Shown here: in pieces, positions 38,629-47,513 of the stretch
Layout: the number at the start of each line of letters is the position of its first letter
Numbering within the stretch: position 1 is the stretch's first letter
Assembly (NCBI GenBank): GCA_039194325.1
Contig: JBCCWC010000008.1
Span: 76,019 to 140,018, forward strand
From: Myxococcota bacterium
Lineage (GTDB): Bacteria; Myxococcota_A; Polyangia; Nannocystales; Nannocystaceae
DNA: 64,000 nt
Direction of reading: 5' to 3'
Position numbers and translations under genes: made by a program
The notes under the pieces: model-generated
What the model was told of the DNA's origin: nothing
The model's database searches: none
Seen by the model: only the letters and a program-made list of their open reading frames with translations

Positions 38629-40742
38629 CGGTGCCCCATCCTCTCGTTGAGGCGCGTGATCCGACTGGCCGCCGAGGGATGACCCAGCTTCGCGGCCCGC
38701 TGGTACTGAACCATCGCGTCCGCGTAGCGAAAGGTCTTGAGCAGAGCATCGCCCAGGCCGATCCGGAGCTTGGCGTTGTTGGGCGCGCGCCGGATCGCCG
38801 CCCGGCGGTGCCGCGCGGCCTCGGTGTAGTGCCCAGCCTCGAAGTGGAGATCGCCCAGACCCACCAGCGCCTCCAAGCTCTGAGGGTCGGCCTTCAGGGC
38901 GCGGTTGAACAGCGTCTGCGCCTGACGAGTCCGCCCGGCGCGAGCCTGGGACTTGGCCTGGGCCACCAGCTGTCGGGCGACCTCGGCGTTCGACTGCGCC
39001 GGCTCGACCGCCGGGGCGCCGGCCGACTCCCCCGTCTCGCCGCCGTCGCTCGGGGACGACGAGGACCGGGGCTCGCCCGCTGCCCCGGACGACCGCCTGG
39101 TGCGGGTCCGCCCCGGCCGCTCGACCAAGCGGGTCAGATCGTCGCGCACGCGGGGCGACCGCTCGGGCTCGGCCGCGAGCTGCTCCAGCGCCTGGTCGCG
39201 CTGCTGGTCGTCTTCCATCGCCAGCGCGACCAGGGGCTCGACCGACAAAAGGGTCGCGGCGGTGAACGAGCGCTCGCCCGCCTTGCGACGCAAGTCGTTG
39301 ATCTGCCCCACCGAGAGCATGGCCCGCTCGCTCGCTCGCTCGCGCGTCGGGTCGAACATCAGGGCCTGGGCGTAGTAGTCCATGGCGAACGCCCGGCCTC
39401 CCAGCTCGTCCCAGTATCGGTCGCCCAGCCGAACGAGCGCGTCGGCGAATTCGTGGCGAAGCGTGGCCGCCCGCTCGCTCGCCGCCACGACCTCCGGCTC
39501 TAGTGCGTCGAGATCCAGCAGCACGGTGTACGCGGTGTCGGCCTTTGGATCGTCGGCCGGAGGATAGAGGTAGAAGGTCTTGGCCGCCGCCGCGTAGGCC
39601 CGCGTGGTGAGCTCTTCGATGCGGCTTTGCTGCTGGGCCGCCATCGACGACCCGTCGTCACGCCACGCGACCATCACCCCGCCCGCGACCACCACTCCCA
39701 GGGCCGCGGCCGCCCACCACGCCCGCCGAGGCGAGCGCGGCCCCACTCCCTCGGGCTGCGGCATGTGTGTCTTGAGGTACTCCCGGCGCTCGGGCGCCAC
39801 CGCCGGCAGCGGAAGGTCGTCCCAGGCCGTCCGCAAGCCCGCCGCGATCTGGGCCTCGCACAGCGCCGCCTCTAGATCCGCCGCGTCCCGGGGGCGCTCC
39901 GAAGGCGCCTTGGCCATGCACTGGACCACGAGCGCGTCGAGCTGCGCCGGGATCTCCTGGTTGCTCGTCACGGGCGAGGGGGCCGGTGTGTCGAGGTGGT
40001 GCTGCATCACCGCGGACAGATCGCCGCCGAAGGGTGGCTTGCCCACCAACATCTCGTAGGCGACGCAGCCCAGCGAGTAGAAGTCGGTGCGACCGTCGAG
40101 GGCCTCGTCCCCCAGCCGCTCGGGCGCGAGGTAGGCCGCCGTCCCCACCACGTCCTCGCGACCTACCTCGCCCAGCGCGCTGGCGATCCCAAAGTCGAGC
40201 ACCTTGACGAAGTCCGTCCGTCCTTGGCGGGGGCAGAGCATGATGTTCTCGGGCTTGATGTCCAAGTGCACCAGGCCGGCCTCGTGGGCCGCCGCGAGCC
40301 CGCGGCAGATCTGGCGCAGGATCCCGATCGCGCGACCGGGCGGCAGCATAGAGCTGGCCCGCAGGGCCTCGCGGAGGGTCTGCCCCTCCAGCATCTCCAT
40401 GGCCATCGCCACCCGACCGTCCGGGATCCGGAGGAAATCGTAGACCTCCACGATGTTCGGGGCGGCGATCCTCGCGGTGACCCGTGCCTCGTCGCGCAGC
40501 TGCTCGATGGCCCCGGCGTCGTCCTCTGAGCCCAGGATCACCTTGAGCGCCACCACCCGATCGATGTCCACGTGCCGGGCTCGATAGACCACCCCCATCC
40601 CGCCCTCGGCGATCCACTCCTCGATCCGGTAGGGCGTGCCCGGTACGACCTCACCCTTGGCCAGGCGCACCCGCTCCAGCGGGAGATCCACTGGAGGCGA
40701 GTCCGCGGCCGCGACGTCCATGGTCCGGGTCGGTCCAGACAT
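38625..40742 (-). CDS. Non-RD Ser/Thr kinase with TM segment and C-terminal TPRs
   Basis: EGGMG, VALK, HLDIKPEN, DFG, GTAAYLAPE. Confidence 0.92.
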   Translation of the reverse strand: MSGPTRTMDVAAADSPPVDLPLERVRLAKGEVVPGTPYRIEEWIAEGGMGVVYRARHVDIDRVVALKVILGSEDDAGAIEQLRDEARVTARIAAPNIVEVYDFLRIPDGRVAMAMEMLEGQTLREALRASSMLPPGRAIGILRQICRGLAAAHEAGLVHLDIKPENIMLCPRQGRTDFVKVLDFGIASALGEVGREDVVGTAAYLAPERLGDEALDGRTDFYSLGCVAYEMLVGKPPFGGDLSAVMQHHLDTPAPSPVTSNQEIPAQLDALVVQCMAKAPSERPRDAADLEAALCEAQIAAGLRTAWDDLPLPAVAPERREYLKTHMPQPEGVGPRSPRRAWWAAAALGVVVAGGVMVAWRDDGSSMAAQQQSRIEELTTRAYAAAAKTFYLYPPADDPKADTAYTVLLDLDALEPEVVAASERAATLRHEFADALVRLGDRYWDELGGRAFAMDYYAQALMFDPTRERASERAMLSVGQINDLRRKAGERSFTAATLLSVEPLVALAMEDDQQRDQALEQLAAEPERSPRVRDDLTRLVERPGRTRTRRSSGAAGEPRSSSSPSDGGETGESAGAPAVEPAQSNAEVARQLVAQAKSQARAGRTRQAQTLFNRALKADPQSLEALVGLGDLHFEAGHYTEAARHRRAAIRRAPNNAKLRIGLGDALLKTFRYADAMVQYQRAAKLGHPSAASRITRLNERMGHR

Positions 40743-41738
40743 CTAGAACCGCCCCTCCACGCGCACGCCGTGGGGCAAGAGCGCTGCGCGGATCTTGCGA
40801 TCGTCGTCGGCCCGATACCCCACCACCAACAGGGCCGTAGCGGCCCCGAGCAGCACCCCGCCGGTTACCACCGACGCGATCCCTCCGGCCAGGGTGGAGT
40901 GGCGAAAGGGACAATATCCATCATCGTCCACGTTGGGACCGGAGCAACGCGCTCGGACCGGGCGGCCGTCGAGCGCGAGCAGGGTAGCACCCACGGCAAC
41001 CGCGACCACCCCACCTCCCAGCGCGCCCCACCCCAGCCCCCGATACCGCGAGCGAGGGATCGGCTGGAGCTCGGCATCCACCCGTGTGGTCGTCCCCGCG
41101 ACCATCAACACCGGCTGCTTGCGACCGATATAGCGGTTTTTCTTGATGCGGAGCTGCCGGCGGCCCGGGGCCACGGGCAGCTCGAGCGGCGTCGTCCCCA
41201 GCAGCCGCCGGTCCAGCCGCACCCGCGCGCCCTCGGGCACCGTGGTGACCACCAAGAGCCCCGCCACCGCCGTCTCGTCGATCCGAGCCGCGACCGCCCT
41301 TACCATTTCGGCCAGGGTCTGGTTCATCTCGGCGAAGCCGCAGATCTCGCACACGCGATCCGAGCCGGTCATCACCTTCCCCGACTCGCCGTCGACCAGA
41401 CGCAGCGTGAGCGCATAGTCGGGGTCGGACTTGTTGACCACCAAGGAGACCAGGTAGCGAGCCCCCGACGACTCGGACACCGCACGCCAGCACTCCGGCT
41501 CGGCACACGATCGCGCCTCGCGGTTGGCCTTGACGAGTGGATCCGGCCCGATGACGTCGGCGCTCTCGGCCAGCAGGGCGGTCATGGTGGACACCATCGT
41601 CTTGCGCTGGGCCCGAGTGAGACGACCTTGCACCTGGACCGGCAAGACACCGATCGTACGCTCGTCGACCGGGGCGGCGGTCGTGAGCATCATTGCCATG
41701 GTCGCCGCCAACATCATCGCTACGCCCCCTGGGGACAC
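40743..41738 (-). CDS. Secreted PEGA-domain protein with DY...CEIC N-terminal domain and C-terminal GRF
   Basis: Signal peptide; VTTVPEGARVRLDRRLLGTTPL (PEGA); Gly-rich hydrophobic hairpin; ends VRVEGRF. Confidence 0.85.
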   Translation of the reverse strand: MSPGGVAMMLAATMAMMLTTAAPVDERTIGVLPVQVQGRLTRAQRKTMVSTMTALLAESADVIGPDPLVKANREARSCAEPECWRAVSESSGARYLVSLVVNKSDPDYALTLRLVDGESGKVMTGSDRVCEICGFAEMNQTLAEMVRAVAARIDETAVAGLLVVTTVPEGARVRLDRRLLGTTPLELPVAPGRRQLRIKKNRYIGRKQPVLMVAGTTTRVDAELQPIPRSRYRGLGWGALGGGVVAVAVGATLLALDGRPVRARCSGPNVDDDGYCPFRHSTLAGGIASVVTGGVLLGAATALLVVGYRADDDRKIRAALLPHGVRVEGRF

Positions 41739-41759
41739 GAACGCGGACGAGCGGATCGC

Positions 41760-43151
41760 TCACCCGCCGCTCTTGCTCCCCTCGCTCTTGTCCTCATTCC
41801 CGTCCTCGACCCCGTCCTCGTCCCCGTCCTGGCCCTTGCCGGCCACCCCCAGTCGGCGAATGTACGCGCACAGATCCGGGTACTCGTCTTTGGCGATTAC
41901 GCCGCTCCACGCCGGCATCGGCGTCAGGGGGTCGTCTTCGGCCGGGTCTTCGAGGAATGCGACGAGCTCCGCGTCGGTGCTCAGCCTTGCCGAGGCGCCC
42001 CGCAGATCCGCCACCCCGTCGCCGTCGTCGCCGTGGCAGTAGTAGCAGCCGTAGCGCAGGTACAGATGCCGGCCGCCGTCTGCCTTGCGCCCGATCATGC
42101 GGTAGGGCGGGCTGGGCTCGACCTCGTTATCCACCGGCGTCAGGGTTTGGAGGTAGGCATAGATCGCCTCCACGTCTCGCCCGTCCAGGCCGGGGAACCG
42201 CTGCATGGGCCATCGCAGCACCTTGCCGTCCGGGCCGAAGCCGTCGAGCAGCGCCCGGCGGACCTGCTCGAAGGTCCAGCTCTCGAGGCCCGTGGCGTGA
42301 GGCGTGAGGTTGGCGGCGCGGAGCACTACCCCGTTGATGTCGCTGGTCGCCGCGCCGCCCGCCAGGTAGCCGGCGGTGGTCTTGGGGTTCTGACTGTCGA
42401 ACTCCCCCCACGTCTCGCTGTGGCACGCCGCGCACTGGAGCACGTGGTCGACCAGGTAGGCTCCGCGAGCCTCCAGCGCGTGGGCAGCGGGGGCCTCGAT
42501 CGGCGCCCGGGGGTAGGGCAGCGGGCCCCACCCCACCAGCGCGCGGTACTTGGCCACCAGCGAGTACTGCGTGGGGGGAGGCTGCTCGGAGCGCGGGGCC
42601 ACCCAGGGGTCATCCGACTGGAGGAAGGCGAGGATCGCCAGCAGATCCTCGTCGGCCAGCCCCGGCCAGCGAGGCATGACCGGCGGCGGCACTACCTGCC
42701 CTGTCTTGGGGTGGATCCCCGTCCGCAGCAGCACCGCCACGTCGGCCGCCGACCACTCTCCGATCCCCGCCTGCGGGTCGCGGGTGATGTTGGGCGCGCT
42801 CACCTTGCCCAGGCGGGTGGGCACCTCGTCGAGCACGCGGCCCCGCAGACCTCCGGCCCGGCTGTCGTAGTGGCAACGCCAGCACAGCATGGAGACCAGC
42901 CGCTTGCCCCGCGCCACCCGCTGGGGGGTAACCTCCACTGCGACCTCGGGCCGAGGCACGTCATAGACCGGCATGCCCAACAGCGTCAGCGTGCCCGCGC
43001 CCACCGCCAGCAGCAGGCCCACCACGCCCAGGCTCCACAGGCCCACCCGCAACAGCCCGATCTTGCGCCTGCTCTTGTGACCGGTCTGGTGACCGGTCTG
43101 GTGACCGGTCTGGCGCCCATTCTGGCGATGGTTGCTTCGCCGGGCCATCAA
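41760..43151 (-). CDS. Membrane-anchored tri-heme cytochrome c
   Basis: CWRCH, CAACH, CYYCH; APNIT...GIGEWS and ANLTP...GLESW motifs. Confidence 0.88.
   Translation of the reverse strand: MMARRSNHRQNGRQTGHQTGHQTGHKSRRKIGLLRVGLWSLGVVGLLLAVGAGTLTLLGMPVYDVPRPEVAVEVTPQRVARGKRLVSMLCWRCHYDSRAGGLRGRVLDEVPTRLGKVSAPNITRDPQAGIGEWSAADVAVLLRTGIHPKTGQVVPPPVMPRWPGLADEDLLAILAFLQSDDPWVAPRSEQPPPTQYSLVAKYRALVGWGPLPYPRAPIEAPAAHALEARGAYLVDHVLQCAACHSETWGEFDSQNPKTTAGYLAGGAATSDINGVVLRAANLTPHATGLESWTFEQVRRALLDGFGPDGKVLRWPMQRFPGLDGRDVEAIYAYLQTLTPVDNEVEPSPPYRMIGRKADGGRHLYLRYGCYYCHGDDGDGVADLRGASARLSTDAELVAFLEDPAEDDPLTPMPAWSGVIAKDEYPDLCAYIRRLGVAGKGQDGDEDGVEDGNEDKSEGSKSGG
43077..43112. repeat. 12-bp tandem repeat x3 (GTGACCGGTCTG)
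   Basis: Exact triplication encoding QTGH repeats near the cytochrome N-terminus. Confidence 0.9.
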
Positions 43152-44452
43152 TTCACCGTGATCGTCTTGTTGCGGGTGGATCCGCCCCGAACGTAGCGAA
43201 CCCGAAAAGTTCGGGTGTTCGAGAGCCCCATATAAAGCTGCATGGCCTCGAGATCGTTGGTCAGGTCGCGCCCGTTGATGTGGGTGATCTTGTCTCCGCT
43301 GCGAAAGCCCAGCTGCTGGACCGCGCTGCCGGAGCGCACCGTCTTGAGCTTGTAGCCGCTGAATACGTCGTTGCGAATGGCCGGCACCACCCGTGCTTGG
43401 GATTCCAGCTTGGCGGGCGACCGCACCAGGCTGTCGAAGTAGACCTTGTCGAGCGTGCAGCTGCTGGCGCTGGCGCAGCGAGCCACCGTGTTGCCCGACG
43501 GGCGGGGGGTGCTCGCGCCCCCCCGCGAAGGAGAAGGGCGTCGCCCGCCCGAAGGCGAGGGTCGCTTACCTCCCGACGAGGGCACGACGCCTCCGCCGGC
43601 TCCGCTACCGCCGGCTCCGGCTCCACCTCCACCTCCGCGAGGATCGCCTGCCCCTCCGCCGACGCCGAGGGGGTCGTCCGTCATCGCCACCGCATTGGAC
43701 TCGGGATCGTCGGCACCCGAGGTGGGCTCGTCCGATCCTCTCGCGGATTGTTCGTCTACGAGATCGAGCCAGGCCATGCCGCCCATCAGCCGATAGCTGA
43801 GCACGAACGAGACGTCGTCGCGAAAGATCGAGACGGTGACCCGATTGTCCGCCCGGGCCAGCGCCGGCGAGATCCAGCCGGGCTCCGCGGTGGAGATCCC
43901 GTTGACCTCCTCGATGACGTCGCCCTCCGCCAGTCCCAGTCGGGCCCAGGGGCTGCCCGTGGGCAGCGGGCCGACCCGGTAGCCAGCGGCGGGTTTGCTC
44001 TGGTCGCTGGGATCTCGGTTGCGCCACGCGGTGAAGGGCAAGGGATCGTGACGCAAGTGCTCGACCACCAGCGCGGCCACGTAGGCGTCGACGCGATAGG
44101 TGCTGCCGCCCTCGGGAGGCGGGGCGATCGCTCGGTCGATCACCCCGGCCAGCAGTGAGCTTGGCCCCGGAGGTTTGGCGCCTGCGCCGGACGAGCTCGG
44201 GTCGGTGGGGCTCGCGCCCGATCGGCTCGCGTCCGCCCCGTTTGCATCCGTGGGGTTCGCATCGGCCGGGCTTGCATCGGCCGGGCTTGCATCGGCCGGG
44301 CTCGCGTCCGTCGAGGGATCGTCCTTGCTCAGGGAGTCACAGCCAGAGGTCGTCAGACCCAGGGCGATCCCCATGGCGATCCCCGCGGAGATCGCCGGGA
44401 TCGGCATCCGTGGGACTCGGACACCCCAAAGCTGCTGGAGGGTGGCGCTCAT
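43148..44452 (-). CDS. Lipoprotein with two PDZ-like domains, C-terminal one GspC-like
   Basis: Lipobox TSGC; LGLAEGDVIEEVNG and QARVVP...GYKL...LGFRSGDKITHING. Confidence 0.75.
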   Translation of the reverse strand: MSATLQQLWGVRVPRMPIPAISAGIAMGIALGLTTSGCDSLSKDDPSTDASPADASPADASPADANPTDANGADASRSGASPTDPSSSGAGAKPPGPSSLLAGVIDRAIAPPPEGGSTYRVDAYVAALVVEHLRHDPLPFTAWRNRDPSDQSKPAAGYRVGPLPTGSPWARLGLAEGDVIEEVNGISTAEPGWISPALARADNRVTVSIFRDDVSFVLSYRLMGGMAWLDLVDEQSARGSDEPTSGADDPESNAVAMTDDPLGVGGGAGDPRGGGGGAGAGGSGAGGGVVPSSGGKRPSPSGGRRPSPSRGGASTPRPSGNTVARCASASSCTLDKVYFDSLVRSPAKLESQARVVPAIRNDVFSGYKLKTVRSGSAVQQLGFRSGDKITHINGRDLTNDLEAMQLYMGLSNTRTFRVRYVRGGSTRNKTITVN

Positions 44453-44471
44453 CGACCGGGGGGCGATGCTA

Positions 44472-46214
44472 TCACCGGGCCGCGGGCGAGTCCTCCGACT
44501 CGGTGGCCACCCGCTCGCGAACGCGGGCCCGCCACGCCATGAGCGGCTCGGCCTCGTCTTCGCGGGACGAGGCTCGCAGCACCGCGAGCTGACCGTCGAG
44601 GATCTCGACCAGCTCCGGGTGGTCCTTGCCCAGCGCTCGCTGCCGCAGCCCCAGGGCCAGGCCGAAGCTGCGTTCGGCCGCCCCCAGCTGACCACGTGCC
44701 AGCTGGACCTCACCCAGCGCCAGGTACCCGTCGGCCAGGCGCGGATGCTCGGCTCCCAGGCACATCTCGAGCAGCGCCAGGCTCTGTCGAGCGTTGCGCT
44801 CGGCCTCGGTCAGCTCGGAGCGGGCCGCTTGTAGCCGAGCCATCACCGACAGCAGCCCTGCCATTCGCGGGTGCGTCGGGCCCAGGCCCCGGCTGGCCAG
44901 TTCTCGAGCTTCGCGGATGTGTCGGAGCCCCTCGCGGGATCGACCCTGACGCCGCCGCAGCTCGGCCAGGCTCTCATGCAGCGCGCTGGTGATCGCGGCC
45001 GTGCCCTCGCCGACCCGCGTCACCTCGTCGAGGGCGCGGCGCCCGATCGCCTCCGCGTCGTCGTAGCGCTGCCGGCAGCGGGCCAGCCAGCTCATGTCCA
45101 CCAGCAGCGCCGCCCGCTGCACCGACTCGGCTCCCTCGGTCACGCGCTCCTCGGCATCGTCGTAGAGCGATTGCGCCGAGGCGTAGTCGCCCAGCGTTAC
45201 GGCCACCGCTGCTTGCCCGCGAAGCACCTCGACCCACAGGCCCTCGCTGGGGCCGGGCCCCGGCGTGGTCTCGAGCGCGGCCAGTCGGGTCGCGATCATC
45301 CCGGCTCGGTCGAAGCAGCGCCGGGCCTCGTCGTAGTGACCGAACTCGTACACCGTCCAGCCCAGCCCCAGCAGGCTGTACGCCACCGCCCGATCCAGCC
45401 CGCCCGAGGTCGCCACGGTCGCGGGCCCCGGCTCGCGATACGGCGAACGCCCCGGGCTCGAACCCCGCCGGGGCCGCTGAGCGCTCTGTAGCGCCATGTC
45501 GCGGAACTGCTCGTGCACGGCCAGTGCCTCGCGGAACAGCAGCTCGGCCGCCGCGTACTCGCCCGCGTGGTGCTTGACCCAGGCCAGGTCGTCGAGCAGC
45601 GAGCGTACCGTGTTGTCGTCGGCCCCCGGCGCGTCGCCTACCAGGTCGAGCGCCCGCCGGCACAGCCGCTCGGCTCGCGCGTGACGCCCTTGCAGCGAAC
45701 AGTGATGAGCCACCCGCCGCATCAGCCACGCCACGTGACCCGCCCACGGCGTGGGCACGCGATCGTTGAGGCCGCTTAGCAGCTGGTCGAGGTAGCGAGC
45801 CGCCCGCGTGTGATCGTGGAGCATCGAGTTGACGGCGGCCAGGCTGTAGTAGTTGACCAGCAGCTCCGGGGCCGCGGGGGGCAGCTCTCGCTCCGCCAGG
45901 GCCAGCGAGCGCTCGTAGAGCGTGCGCGCCTCCACGTAGCGCCCGTCGACCAGGCGAGCGTCGCCCTGGTCGCGCAACGTGTTGACCGCCGAGTCCCGCC
46001 GGGTCGCTCCCCGCCACGCACAGCCGAGCGTGGTGGTGGCCGCGGTCAGCAGCATCGCCAGGCCCAGCAAGGGCTGGCCCGCCTGTAGGGCCATCATGAA
46101 CAGCCCCAGCAACATGAGCGTCACCGGGATGCGATACAGCGCCGCCGCTCGTGGCCGTACCGTCACGGGCACGAGGGAGCGCCGCAGCCCGAGGCTCGTG
46201 CTCGCATTCCCCAC
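44472..46214 (-). CDS. Membrane-anchored TPR repeat protein
   Basis: Two N-terminal TM helices, then LGxxHP-type TPR repeats; GTG start inferred. Confidence 0.82.
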   Translation of the reverse strand: MGNASTSLGLRRSLVPVTVRPRAAALYRIPVTLMLLGLFMMALQAGQPLLGLAMLLTAATTTLGCAWRGATRRDSAVNTLRDQGDARLVDGRYVEARTLYERSLALAERELPPAAPELLVNYYSLAAVNSMLHDHTRAARYLDQLLSGLNDRVPTPWAGHVAWLMRRVAHHCSLQGRHARAERLCRRALDLVGDAPGADDNTVRSLLDDLAWVKHHAGEYAAAELLFREALAVHEQFRDMALQSAQRPRRGSSPGRSPYREPGPATVATSGGLDRAVAYSLLGLGWTVYEFGHYDEARRCFDRAGMIATRLAALETTPGPGPSEGLWVEVLRGQAAVAVTLGDYASAQSLYDDAEERVTEGAESVQRAALLVDMSWLARCRQRYDDAEAIGRRALDEVTRVGEGTAAITSALHESLAELRRRQGRSREGLRHIREARELASRGLGPTHPRMAGLLSVMARLQAARSELTEAERNARQSLALLEMCLGAEHPRLADGYLALGEVQLARGQLGAAERSFGLALGLRQRALGKDHPELVEILDGQLAVLRASSREDEAEPLMAWRARVRERVATESEDSPAAR

Positions 46215-46538
46215 TGTGCCTTCATTTTCGCAGAAACCCCGCCGTAGACAAACGACCAAAACGCGGCGCAGGGGTCGCCCGGGGTCGCCCGGGTGGGATC
46301 TTCGTGCGGATGGCGTCAAGGCGGCGGCAGGGCGGCGCGAGGGCAACGGGACGTCGATGCGAGGACGGCGGAGGGCGGGAGCAGACGGCGTCCTGACCGT
46401 CCCACCTCGGCCCGGTGCGCGGATCTTGTCCCGGTACGATCTGGGGGTATCGCGGCTCCGCAGAACCCGCTCTTGGTCGGGCCGCGTCGAGCGCTCCAGG
46501 GTCGAGCGCTCCAGGGCCGAGCGCTCCAGGTTGGATGC

Positions 46539-47357
46539 GTGGGTAGGGGCCCGATTGCTACCGTTTGGGGCGCAGTGGCCCGAGCGCTCTCGGTTTTGTA
46601 CTGGCTGCTCGCAGGGACGATCGCCATCGCGATCTTTCCTCTCGCCCTGTCGGTATGGGCGCTGACGCTGGCCTTCGACCGGCGCCGGGTCGTCCTGCAT
46701 GCCCTGACCAACCTGTGGGCGTCGCTTTACACCTGGCTCAACCCCGTGTGGCGCGTGCAGGTGCGCGGCCGCGAACACATCGAGCGCGGCCGCCCCTATG
46801 TGATGGTGTCCAACCATCGGTCGCTCGTCGATATCTTCGTCCTCCATCGGCTGCTGCGGCACTTCAAGTGGGTGTCGAAGGCGGAGAACTTTCGGATCCC
46901 CTGCATCGGCTGGAACATGCGACTCAACGGGTACATCCCGCTGCGACGAGGGGATCGCGACAGCGTGCTCGCGATGTTCGAGCACGCGCGACGCGTGCTC
47001 GACCAACGGTCAAGCGTGCTGATGTTCCCCGAAGGGACCCGCTCGCGTACGGGGGCGCTCAAGGAGTTCAAGCCGGGGGCCTTCGAGATCGCCAAGCAGG
47101 CCGGGGTGGCGGTGCTGCCGATCGTGGTGGAGGGGACGTTCGAAGCGCTGCGGCCTCGATCGCTTACGATCGCGTCGGCGCGGATGCGGGTGACCGTGCT
47201 GCCGGCGGTGCCGCGGGAGCAGGTGGAGGCGCTGTCGGTGGAGGCGCTGAGCGAGCGGGTGCGGGGAAGGATCGCCGAGCAGTTGGGGGAGTCGGGGGAG
47301 CTAGGGGAGTCGAGGGAGTCGGGTGAGCGCGAGGGGGAGTCTTCATCTGTCACATAA
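46539..47357 (+). CDS. Lysophospholipid acyltransferase (PlsC family)
   Basis: NHRSLVD, FPEGTRS and FKPGAF motifs. Confidence 0.92.
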   Translation: MGRGPIATVWGAVARALSVLYWLLAGTIAIAIFPLALSVWALTLAFDRRRVVLHALTNLWASLYTWLNPVWRVQVRGREHIERGRPYVMVSNHRSLVDIFVLHRLLRHFKWVSKAENFRIPCIGWNMRLNGYIPLRRGDRDSVLAMFEHARRVLDQRSSVLMFPEGTRSRTGALKEFKPGAFEIAKQAGVAVLPIVVEGTFEALRPRSLTIASARMRVTVLPAVPREQVEALSVEALSERVRGRIAEQLGESGELGESRESGEREGESSSVT

Positions 47358-47468
47358 GTGACGGGTTCATTTTCGTGATCGTCCGACTTATTCGTCTGAG
47401 CGGATGAATCGGCATTGCATAATCGACTCGAACGGGACTTATTGATGGTTCTCGTTACTCGATCACCG

Positions 47469-47484
47469 TTGGCTCCTTATTCGC
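47469..47484 (+). promoter_or_regulatory. Possible sigma54 promoter
   Basis: TTGGCTCCTTATTCGC has GG-N10-GC spacing about 30 nt before the kinase start; imperfect match to consensus. Confidence 0.3.
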
Positions 47485-47513
47485 GATGACGATCTAGGTA
47501 ATGATGACGGCGC

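Noticed and set aside
40572..43196. Long antisense or alternative-frame ORFs (874 aa here; also 61063..63723, 47501..49834, 29112..31151, 19834..21696)
   Set aside because: These are expected by-products of high GC3 codon bias overlapping well-supported genes, and they show no recognisable motifs.
43148..44452. Type II secretion locus
   Set aside because: Only a GspC-like PDZ domain is present; there are no gspD/E/F or pseudopilin genes nearby.
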